From: Gemmatimonadota bacterium
GTDB lineage: Bacteria > Gemmatimonadota > Gemmatimonadetes > JACCXV01 > JAHWKZ01
Direction: 5' to 3'
DNA length: 37,725 nucleotides
Assembly: GCA_035550715.1 (NCBI GenBank)
Contig: DASZOP010000102.1
Location: forward strand, 1-37,725
Part shown: positions 16,054-23,697 of the stretch, one piece after another
Numbering within the stretch: the stretch's first letter is position 1
How the letters are laid out: each line of letters starts with the position of its first letter
Translations under genes and position numbers: made by a program
Notes under the pieces: model-generated
Seen by the model: the letters and a program-made list of their open reading frames with translations, nothing else
Databases searched by the model: none
Told to the model about the DNA's origin: nothing

Positions 16054-17576
16054 TGCGTACGGCGCGGATCGCGGTCGGGCTGCTTCTCCTTACGACGTGG
16101 ACGTCGCCCCTGACGGGGCAGGGTTCGTCGGACGTCGAGCCCGCCTACCGCGCGACGCCGGGCGCGATCTCGCGCCTTCTCGATCCCCTGGTCCACGCCA
16201 GAGGGGGCGACCTGGGGGTCGCGGTGTACTCGGTGGAGCGGAATCAGGCGCTCTACCTGCACAACGCGGACTGGGGCCTCGTCCCGGCTTCCAACATGAA
16301 GCTCTTCACGACCGCCGCGGCCCTCGATCGGCTCGGCCCCGACTTCCAGTACACGACCTCAGTCTACGGTGATGGTGCGATCCTCGAGGACGGGAGCCTG
16401 ATCGGCGATCTGGTCCTGGTGGGTCGCGGCGATCCGACGATCTCGGGCCGGTTCTTCGGGGACAGCGCGACGTACGTCTACGACCGGCTCGCTCAGGAGC
16501 TGCGTGAAAAGGGGGTCCGGCGGGTGCGTGGCCGGCTGATCGGCGACGCGTCGTACTTCGACGACGTGCGGATCGCGTCGGGTTGGGAGACCAGCAATCT
16601 GCTCTGGTGGTATGGCGCGCGCCCGAGCGCGCTGTCGTTCAACGACAACGTGGTGACCATCGAGGTCCGCCCGGGGGGCTGGGTCGGCGCCCCGGCGTCG
16701 ATCTCGTTCGACCCCTTCACGGACGGCATCCCGGTCGAAAACCGCGTCGTCACGACACGGGCCCGGGGTGGACGCTCGATCGGCATCCGGCGCGCCTCGG
16801 ACATCGGCGGCTACGAGATCTTCGGCCGGATCTCGATCGTCAGCGGGCCCCTCCGGTACGTGGTCTCGGTGGAGGATCCGGCCGAGTACGCCCTGTCGGT
16901 GTTCCGCGCGCGACTCGAGCGCCGGGGGATCGAGGTCGAAGGCCCGAGCTCTGTCGTCCACAACTGGAATCGCCAGTCTCTCCGCGCTCCGCGGCTCCTG
17001 GCCAGCCATACGAGCCCGCGCATGATCGAGATCGTCCGGGTGATCAACAAGCTGAGCCAGAACTTCTTCGCCGAACAGGTCCTGAAGACCCTGGGCGCCG
17101 TGTTCGAGAGCGAAGGCTCCTTCGACGAGGGCGCCGACGTCGTCCGCGACGTCCTCGAAGACTTCGACCTCCCCACCCACAACCTCCGGATCTACGACGG
17201 ATCGGGCCTGAGCCGCCGGAACACGGTGACCGCCCAGCTCACCGCGGAGCTCCTGGTCGCGATGCACGATCATCCACGATTCGAGGAGTACTACGAGTCG
17301 CTCCTCATCGCCGGCACGGACGGCGACACGCGGCGTCTCGACACGCCCGCCGCGCGCGGCAACGTCCACAGCAAGACCGGCACGCTGCGTGGCGTCTCGG
17401 CGCTGTCGGGTTACGTCACGACCGGCGACGGCGAGCTGCTCGCTTTCTCGGTGCTGAGCAACGGCACGCCGCGCGGGAAATGGGGGGCGGTCTCGGTCGA
17501 GGATGCGATCGCGGAGCGGCTGGCGGACTACTCGGTGTGGAGCCCGCCGTTGCTGCAGGGAAGCACGGGGCGCTAA
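16053..17576 (+). CDS. dacB: D-alanyl-D-alanine carboxypeptidase/endopeptidase, PBP4 (peptidase S13), paralog 1
   Basis: Signal peptide MRTARIAVGLLLLTTWTSPLTG and SxxK motif SNMK (16290-16301). KTGTL motif near the C-terminus. The ATG overlaps the upstream stop by 1 nt (TGATG). Confidence 0.88.
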   Translation: MRTARIAVGLLLLTTWTSPLTGQGSSDVEPAYRATPGAISRLLDPLVHARGGDLGVAVYSVERNQALYLHNADWGLVPASNMKLFTTAAALDRLGPDFQYTTSVYGDGAILEDGSLIGDLVLVGRGDPTISGRFFGDSATYVYDRLAQELREKGVRRVRGRLIGDASYFDDVRIASGWETSNLLWWYGARPSALSFNDNVVTIEVRPGGWVGAPASISFDPFTDGIPVENRVVTTRARGGRSIGIRRASDIGGYEIFGRISIVSGPLRYVVSVEDPAEYALSVFRARLERRGIEVEGPSSVVHNWNRQSLRAPRLLASHTSPRMIEIVRVINKLSQNFFAEQVLKTLGAVFESEGSFDEGADVVRDVLEDFDLPTHNLRIYDGSGLSRRNTVTAQLTAELLVAMHDHPRFEEYYESLLIAGTDGDTRRLDTPAARGNVHSKTGTLRGVSALSGYVTTGDGELLAFSVLSNGTPRGKWGAVSVEDAIAERLADYSVWSPPLLQGSTGR

Positions 17577-17585
17577 GACTTCCGG

Positions 17586-17939
17586 TCAGTCCTTGCGGCG
17601 GCGGAGCTCGTACAGCGCCGCCAGCACGGCGGTCGCGGCGAGGGACGCGACGACGACCTTGGTGGTCGTGTCGAGGGGTCGGTGCAGGTAGAGGTGGGCG
17701 CGATGGCGGCTGACGCGCCCGTTCCCGATGCCCTTTCCGTCGTAGTCCTCCGCGATCCCCTCGAGGCTCCTGCGAATGGCGCGACGGAGCTTCCGGATCG
17801 CGGCCGCCTCCGATGCGGCGTAGGCGACGTACCCGGGGAGCGCGGGAGAAGTGGCTATGAACGTACCGTCCTCCTCCTCTTCGAGAAGGATCTGATAGGT
17901 CCGCTCCTCGCGGAAGTACTCTCGCAGCCGATTCAGCAT
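17586..17939 (-). CDS. HicB-fold (UPF0150-like) protein with a C-terminal transmembrane tail
   Basis: YQILLEEEEDGTFIATSPALPGYVAYAASEAAAIRKLRRAIRRSLE resembles the HicB N-terminal domain. The C-terminal TKVVVASLAATAVLAALYELRRRKD is a hydrophobic anchor. Starts at ATG 17939. Confidence 0.55.
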   Translation of the reverse strand: MLNRLREYFREERTYQILLEEEEDGTFIATSPALPGYVAYAASEAAAIRKLRRAIRRSLEGIAEDYDGKGIGNGRVSRHRAHLYLHRPLDTTTKVVVASLAATAVLAALYELRRRKD

Positions 17940-18029
17940 GGCGCTCAAGATAGGGAGGCCGTGGCCAGGAAGCCAACCGCGACGGCCCGGCGCTGCCCCC
18001 CCGGGCGCACCCGTTTTCCGCTTATGGGG

Positions 18030-18035
18030 TATAAT
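18030..18035 (+). promoter_or_regulatory. Perfect TATAAT -10 box upstream of the 18065 gene
   Basis: TATAAT lies at 18030-18035 in a roughly 70% GC context, followed by GGAGGAGG (18044-18051) and ATG 18065. No good -35 box was found. Confidence 0.35.
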
Positions 18036-18064
18036 TCGAGGACGGAGGAGGTCCCCATCCGACG

Positions 18065-18541
18065 ATGACGTTCCGGTTCCCGATTTCCCCATGCGCGGCC
18101 GGCGTGGCGGTCCTTCTGACGCTCGCCCTGGCCGGACCCGCCCAGGCACAGGAAAACGCCCTCGAGAGCGCCGTCCGCGCCTTCGGGCCCGACATGACCC
18201 TCCCCGAGGGGGAGAACCAGTCGGTCCGCGGCGACTTCAACGGCGACGGCCGTGAGGACGTGGCCGCCGTCGTACGAGGTCCCGATCGCTCGGCGCTCGT
18301 CGTCTTCCACTCCACCGGCGACGGGTACGACCTGAGGCCCCTCTACACGCGCCTCCCGTCGGGCGACGTTCAGCTCCATCTGGTCCCACCGGGGCGGCGG
18401 TCCGTGGTCGGTAACGCGGCCGGCGTCCAGCTCAAGAACCCCGCCGTCGAGCTCGTCTTCCCGGGGCGCTCGAGCGCGATGTACGTGTGGGAGGGGGGGC
18501 GGTATCAGGTGTACGGTACGGAGAGCTTCTACGCCCGCTGA
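18065..18541 (+). CDS. Secreted hypothetical protein with an FG-GAP/VCBS-like motif
   Basis: Signal peptide AAGVAVLLTLALAGPAQAQ. Motif GDFNGDGREDVAAV. Confidence 0.65.
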   Translation: MTFRFPISPCAAGVAVLLTLALAGPAQAQENALESAVRAFGPDMTLPEGENQSVRGDFNGDGREDVAAVVRGPDRSALVVFHSTGDGYDLRPLYTRLPSGDVQLHLVPPGRRSVVGNAAGVQLKNPAVELVFPGRSSAMYVWEGGRYQVYGTESFYAR

Positions 18542-18556
18542 CGGCGGCCGGTGAAG

Positions 18557-18577
18557 GCGGCCGCCTCGAGCGGCCGC
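18557..18577. terminator. GC-rich hairpin between convergent genes (candidate U-tract-less terminator)
   Basis: An 8-bp stem, 18557-18564 paired with 18570-18577, with a 5-nt loop CTCGA. No T-run on either strand. Confidence 0.3.
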
Positions 18578-18595
18578 ACCTCGCCGCCAACGGAC

Positions 18596-19672
18596 CTACC
18601 CCTTCCCGTCCCGGATCAAGGGCTTCCCGGCGACAGCGGCATCCAGCCCGAGCGCGACCTTGAGCCGGCGTCGGATCTCGTCCGCGGGATCCTTCGCTTC
18701 GGGAACCAGCTCCACCTGTCCGCCCGCCATCTTCCCGTGCCCGCCCGCCGTGCCCAGATCCCCCACGACGGTGGAGATGAGACGACCGGCATCGTGTGAC
18801 TCGTCGCGTGTCCTGAGACTCAGGTAGAGACGGTCCTTGTGTCGACCCATGACGAGCGCGTAGTCGACGTGCTCGAGCGGGATCAGGAAATCGGCCAGCT
18901 CGGCGACCAGGTCCGCGTTGTCGATCACCCCGATGTCGGTAACCACGGCGTCGCCGACGATCTCGCTCTCCTCGAGGGCCTTGTGGAAGACCTCGAAGTG
19001 GCTGCGGGGGATGAGCGGGTTCTCGATCCGGGTGAGGAGGGTCAGGTCGGCATGGGGGAAGATCTCCAGGTAGGCGTGGAGGTCGGCCTCGCTCGCCTCC
19101 CGCTCGAGGCTCCGGGTGTCGGACTTGATCCCGATCAGTAGCGCCGTCGCCAGCCGTGTCGGCAAGTCGAGACCGGCCGCCTTGAGATAGTAGTACATGA
19201 TCGTCGACGTCGAGCCGTACTCGGTCCTGATGTCGGCGAATCCGACACGGCTCGTCTCGGGACGGATCGGGTGGTGATCGATCGCGATCGCGATCGGCAG
19301 GTTGGCGGGAAGGGAGTGGTTCCCCGTCTCCGGCTGGGTGTCGATCAGGATGTGGGTCCCGTGCTCGGCGGTCCGAACCTGGGCCAGCGGGTAGAGGCGG
19401 ACACCGAGCTGCTCGACCATGGCGCGGTTCGTGGCTCGGCCGATCCGGCCGCCGTAGGCGATGATCGGTTCGACGTTGAGCCGACGGTTCAGCAGGTGCT
19501 GGAGCGCGTATGCGCTGGCGATCGAGTCGGGGTCGGGATGGTCGTGGGTGTAGATGGCGACCGGCCGCTCGACGTCGACGACGGCGAGCAGACCGGCGAG
19601 CCGCTTCTGCGCCTCGCTGGCCGCCTCGGCCGGAGTGGCCCTTCGCTCCGTCTCCTTCGAGGCCTCGGGCAT
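18596..19672 (-). CDS. DHH/DHHA1 phosphoesterase (NrnA-like oligoribonuclease/pAp phosphatase)
   Basis: Motifs HDHPDPDSIAS, AIDHHP (DHH), and GTAGGHGKMAGG (DHHA1 GGGH-like). Confidence 0.85.
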   Translation of the reverse strand: MPEASKETERRATPAEAASEAQKRLAGLLAVVDVERPVAIYTHDHPDPDSIASAYALQHLLNRRLNVEPIIAYGGRIGRATNRAMVEQLGVRLYPLAQVRTAEHGTHILIDTQPETGNHSLPANLPIAIAIDHHPIRPETSRVGFADIRTEYGSTSTIMYYYLKAAGLDLPTRLATALLIGIKSDTRSLEREASEADLHAYLEIFPHADLTLLTRIENPLIPRSHFEVFHKALEESEIVGDAVVTDIGVIDNADLVAELADFLIPLEHVDYALVMGRHKDRLYLSLRTRDESHDAGRLISTVVGDLGTAGGHGKMAGGQVELVPEAKDPADEIRRRLKVALGLDAAVAGKPLIRDGKG

Positions 19673-19686
19673 GGGGATGAGCGGCC

Positions 19687-20736
19687 TCAGCCGGCCGCGG
19701 CCAGCACGCGGCGGGCGATCTCCCGGAAACGCTGCGCCACGAGCGAGTCGGGGGCGGAGCGGACGATCGGCTCGCCGCGGTCGCCGCTTGGCGTCACCGA
19801 CGGATCGAGGGGGATCGAGCCGAGGAAGGGCACGCGGAACTTCTCGGCTGTCGCACGGCCCCCGCCCGAGCCGAAGATCGCGTGCTCGGCGCCACAGTCC
19901 GGGCACACGAACGTAGCCATGTTCTCGATGATCCCGAGGACCGGCGCTCCGACCTTGTCGAACATGCGGAGCCCCTTCTTGGCGTCGATGAGCGCGATCT
20001 CCTGGGGAGTCGTCACGATGACCGCGCCGGTCAGGGGCACCGACTGGGTCAAGGTCAGGTGCGCGTCCCCGGTCCCGGGTGGCATGTCGACCACCAGGAC
20101 GTCCAGTTCCCCCCAGTCCACCTGCCGCAGGAACTGGGTCAGGGCCGAGTGGACCATGGGGCCCCTCCAGACCATCGGCGATTCCACGTCCGGGACCAGG
20201 AATCCCAGCGACATGAGCTGGAGCCCGAACCGGGGAATCGGCTGGATCCGCTTCTCCACGGCCGCCGGCTGCGCGCCCTGAACGCCCAGCATCGTGGGGA
20301 TCGAGGGGCCATAGATGTCGGCGTCCAGGAGTCCGACCGGACCGGCCTCGTCCGCCAGCGCCAGCGCCAGGTTGACGGCCACCGTCGACTTCCCGACCCC
20401 CCCTTTTCCGCTCGCCACCGCGATGATCCTGCGGACGCCGGGAATCGGTTCCTGGGGGGCGGGGCGTCTGGCCGGGGCGCTTCCGGAGCCCGCCTTCTGC
20501 TCGAGGCGTATCGCCACGCTGTCGACGCCGTCGAGGTCCTCGAGCTGGCTCCGGATGTCCTTGAGTACGGTCTCGGAGAGCGGGCGCTCCGGATCCACCA
20601 CCACCTTGAACGCGATCTCGCCGCCCTGGATCGTGAGCTCCTTGATCCGGCCCAGCGAGATCAGGTCCTTGGTGCTGTCCGGATCCTTGACCTTGCGGAT
20701 CGTCCGGATGACGTCCTTCTCTGCGACCGTGGGCAC
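19687..20736 (-). CDS. apbC: Mrp/ApbC/NBP35-family iron-sulfur cluster carrier ATPase with an N-terminal DUF59-like domain
   Basis: Deviant Walker A ASGKGGVGKST, CPDCG cysteine pair, and N-terminal IRKVKDPDSTKDLISLGRI. The GTG start at 20736 follows AGGAG. Confidence 0.88.
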   Translation of the reverse strand: MPTVAEKDVIRTIRKVKDPDSTKDLISLGRIKELTIQGGEIAFKVVVDPERPLSETVLKDIRSQLEDLDGVDSVAIRLEQKAGSGSAPARRPAPQEPIPGVRRIIAVASGKGGVGKSTVAVNLALALADEAGPVGLLDADIYGPSIPTMLGVQGAQPAAVEKRIQPIPRFGLQLMSLGFLVPDVESPMVWRGPMVHSALTQFLRQVDWGELDVLVVDMPPGTGDAHLTLTQSVPLTGAVIVTTPQEIALIDAKKGLRMFDKVGAPVLGIIENMATFVCPDCGAEHAIFGSGGGRATAEKFRVPFLGSIPLDPSVTPSGDRGEPIVRSAPDSLVAQRFREIARRVLAAAG

Positions 20737-20820
20737 GGAACCGGCTCCTGCGGAATAGGTACAACGCGGCGCTCGAAGCGAAAACGAGAATATAGCCCGA
20801 CCGAAGAAGGGGGGCCGAGG

Positions 20821-21897
20821 ATGCGCTCGACGTGGACGCCGATCATGCTCGGGATGGCGCTCGCGGCGCCCTTCCTGGCCAAGCCGTCGCGCGCCCAGGA
20901 GGCCGTCCCCGTCGTCCGGTTCCACGTGGAGGCGGCGGCCGAGCTCCTCGAAACGGCGTATCCCGAACGGTACGGTCCAGGTACGCGGACGCTCGAGGAG
21001 GATCTCGAGTGGGCCCGCGACCATGCCGGCAGGGTGACCGGCCGGTGGAGCGAATGGGGACCTCTCTACCTCCAGCGGCTCGAGGACCTGGCCGGGATCG
21101 CCTGGCCGGCGCGCCAGATCGACGTCTATCTCGTCCGCGCGTGGCCGGTCGTCTCGATCGAGCACCCGCTGGTCCTGGCGCTGGAGGCGATCCGGGCTCC
21201 GGGCGGTCGCGACGTGCCGGTTCCCGACGACGCGGACGTCCGGTCGCTTCTCCTGGCCCACCAGCTCGCCCACCATCTGCTCGACGATCCCGACTTCCTG
21301 CCCGAGGAGGATCGCGCGCCGGCCTACGATCACCCGCTGATGTCGCAGGGCGACTTCGCCGTCGAGGCGCTCGTCAACTGGCTCGTCTACCGGGCGCTCG
21401 AGGACATGTGGGGGGTGGAGCGCGTCGAGAGGGCCGCCTCGGACGACGTGTGGCGCGCCTACAACCCGAACCACGACTTCGTCGTCGACGAGCTGGAGAC
21501 GCGTCACCGTCTTTCCAGGACGGCGACCCTGGCGGAGTGGCTGGCGGCCAACCCCGACGGCAGCGAGATCTTCCGGGTCCGCGAGAACTACCTCCGACAG
21601 GCGAACCTTCCCGTCCAGCCGTTGCCGGAGGGCCCGCGGACGACCGGCAGCGAGGCCGGGATCGAACTCGGCGCGAGCTACGAGGGCGAGGTCTTCGTGG
21701 CCTACGTGGACGAAGGGTCCCCCGCGGCCCTTTCCGGCGTCCTGGAGGGAGACGTCGTCCGCACCATCGAGGGCCGACCTGTCGGGAGCGACGTCACGGC
21801 CGCCCAGGAGGCGCTGGACGCCTCCTGGCGCGAGGACGGCGAGCTCAACCTGAGCGTGGAGCGGGGAGGCGAGGAGATCTTCATGACGATCGAGTAG
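20821..21897 (+). CDS. Secreted protein with an unknown N-terminal domain (HQLAH motif) and a C-terminal PDZ domain
   Basis: Signal peptide MRSTWTPIMLGMALAAPFLAKPSRAQE. HQLAH lies at 21259-21273. PDZ-like segment VFVAYVDEGSPAALSGVLEGDVVRTIEGRPV. Confidence 0.7.
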   Translation: MRSTWTPIMLGMALAAPFLAKPSRAQEAVPVVRFHVEAAAELLETAYPERYGPGTRTLEEDLEWARDHAGRVTGRWSEWGPLYLQRLEDLAGIAWPARQIDVYLVRAWPVVSIEHPLVLALEAIRAPGGRDVPVPDDADVRSLLLAHQLAHHLLDDPDFLPEEDRAPAYDHPLMSQGDFAVEALVNWLVYRALEDMWGVERVERAASDDVWRAYNPNHDFVVDELETRHRLSRTATLAEWLAANPDGSEIFRVRENYLRQANLPVQPLPEGPRTTGSEAGIELGASYEGEVFVAYVDEGSPAALSGVLEGDVVRTIEGRPVGSDVTAAQEALDASWREDGELNLSVERGGEEIFMTIE

Positions 21898-21910
21898 ATT
21901 GCCGGCCGTG

Positions 21911-22864
21911 ATGGACGGCCCCATCGACACCCCCGGCGCGGGATCCGGCCCGGGTGAGGAGGCGGTTCGCCCCTACCCCGGGCTCCTGCGGACGCTCGGT
22001 CTGCTCGGCGCGGTCATCCTCCTCGGCGCTCTATTCTTCCAGGCCACCTACTTCCTGTTTCCCACCTGGCCCGACATCGCGCGGATGGCGGTCCCCACCC
22101 AGCTCGCGCTGGCCGCGGTCACGGCGTGGGCGGCGTTCCGATCGGACCGGCCCTGGCGGGAAGCCCTGGGGCTCCGGTTTCTGGAGGCCCGCGAGATTCC
22201 TCCGCTCCTGCTCGTCCTGATCGGCTCGGTCACCGTGTTCAGCGAGATCTACGTCGTCATCCAGCGGTTCGTGCCGGTCCCCGCCGAGTTCGAGGCCATG
22301 CTGCGCGATCTCCTCGAGCTGACGAACCCGGCCGACAGCCTCGCCACCGTGGTCATCGCGATCCTGGTCGCCCCGATCCTGGAGGAAGCCCTGTTCCGGG
22401 GGGTCATTCTGAACGGGCTCGCCCGGCGGTACGGTCCGCAGTCGGCGAGCTTCTGGACGGCGGTCTTCTTCGCGGTCTTCCACCTCTACAACCCGTGGCA
22501 GGTCCTGCCGACCTTCTTCCTCGGGCTCGTGCTCGCCTGGCTCGTGCTGACGACCCGCTCCCTGCTGTCCGCGATCGTGGTCCACACGATGTTCAATGCC
22601 GCCTCGCTGACGATGGTCCAGCTCTCGCTGGAGCGCCCTCCGGGCGGGCACCCGGTTCCGTACGTGGTCGTGGTCGTCGTGCTCGGGATGCTGGCCGGCA
22701 GCATGGCGCTCCTGACCGGGATGGCGTGGCTGGAGAAGCAGACCGGGGGCGGGTGGTTCGCGCTCCCGCCGGTCGTCCGGCCGAGCGCCGCCGGTCCCGC
22801 CCCCGACGCGCGCTCCGAGCCCGGCAGCGGCGCCGCGGCCGGCCCCACGGCCGCGCGGGGATAG
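21911..22864 (+). CDS. CPBP (CAAX/Abi) family intramembrane glutamic metalloprotease
   Basis: Motifs EEALFRG, FFAVFH and HTMFN in a multi-transmembrane protein. ATG 21911, with an alternative at 21899. Confidence 0.85.
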   Translation: MDGPIDTPGAGSGPGEEAVRPYPGLLRTLGLLGAVILLGALFFQATYFLFPTWPDIARMAVPTQLALAAVTAWAAFRSDRPWREALGLRFLEAREIPPLLLVLIGSVTVFSEIYVVIQRFVPVPAEFEAMLRDLLELTNPADSLATVVIAILVAPILEEALFRGVILNGLARRYGPQSASFWTAVFFAVFHLYNPWQVLPTFFLGLVLAWLVLTTRSLLSAIVVHTMFNAASLTMVQLSLERPPGGHPVPYVVVVVVLGMLAGSMALLTGMAWLEKQTGGGWFALPPVVRPSAAGPAPDARSEPGSGAAAGPTAARG

Positions 22865-22915
22865 GGGTCGTCCACGGGGCCGGTCGCACGCCCGACGAGC
22901 CGTGTCCCCCGAGCT

Positions 22916-23623
22916 TCAGGTTCGATCGAGCTCGGCCCGGTGGGCCCCCAGGAAGGCATCCAGGTCCGCTTCGTCCCAGGCGATCCCGCCCCTGCGGCGC
23001 TCCTTCTCGAGGGAGCGAACCAGCCGCGCCAGGTTCCGCCGGGTGGAGTCGGGGGAGGGGGGCCCGATCGTCGCCCGGTCGAGGTCCAGGAGCCAGGCCC
23101 GCCATCCGGGATCGGCGGGCTCCAGGAAGAGGTTCCCCACGTTGAGGTCGGGGTGGTCCAGCCCCGCCCGGTGGGCCCGGCCGACCAGGCCCCCGGCGGC
23201 CTCCATCCCTGCCCGGCGGCTACCCGCCGGATAGAAATTGGGGGCGAGGAGATCCCGCAGGTCGTGGCCGGGCTCGATCCACGCGGTGGCCAGGTCGGCC
23301 CGGTAGCCGGGACGAGCCGGAACGACGATCGCCGCCAGGACCTCGGGCGTGGCGACGCCGCGGGCCCGGAGCCGGACGCTCACGGAGAGCTCGCGAAAGG
23401 GACGCGGCGGGCGGTCCAGATAGCGGTCACCCAGGGGCCGCATCCAGCCACCCCGCCGGGCATGCCGGACGGCGACCGGACGATCGGCGAGGCGGGCCGA
23501 GTGGACGACCCCCCGGCCGCCGTGACGGGAGCGCTCGGCCCGCTCCCCGGCCCACGCCGCCAGCGAGGGGGCGGTCTCGAGCGCGGCCCGGACGGCCGCG
23601 GCCACGGTTTCCAGGGCCACCAC
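22916..23623 (-). CDS. Kdo kinase / lipopolysaccharide kinase (KdkA/InaA-like) family protein
   Basis: Motif GLDHPDLNVGNLF...LLDLDRA, and the size (235 aa) fits KdkA. The GTG start at 23623 is uncertain. Confidence 0.65.
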   Translation of the reverse strand: MVALETVAAAVRAALETAPSLAAWAGERAERSRHGGRGVVHSARLADRPVAVRHARRGGWMRPLGDRYLDRPPRPFRELSVSVRLRARGVATPEVLAAIVVPARPGYRADLATAWIEPGHDLRDLLAPNFYPAGSRRAGMEAAGGLVGRAHRAGLDHPDLNVGNLFLEPADPGWRAWLLDLDRATIGPPSPDSTRRNLARLVRSLEKERRRGGIAWDEADLDAFLGAHRAELDRT

Positions 23624-23697
23624 GTCCCGCCGGCCCTGGCGCCAGCGAACGTAGCCGGCCGGCGGGAAGCGGTCGTGACCGCCGGCCTCCGGTCCGC

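Noticed and set aside
17586-17670. A shared AALYEL motif after a hydrophobic helix in both the HicB-fold tail (AVLAALYELRRRKD) and the partial protein at 1-171 (IGAAALYELNRLLV).
   Set aside because: Six residues of similarity in Ala/Leu-rich helices is not significant without a statistical search.
18557-18577. Two NotI sites (GCGGCCGC) flanking an XhoI site (CTCGAG), which could suggest a cloning scar or engineered junction.
   Set aside because: The sites form a simple 8-bp GC hairpin in a convergent intergenic gap of a 70% GC genome, where such sites are frequent by chance. The flanking genes are intact and native-looking.
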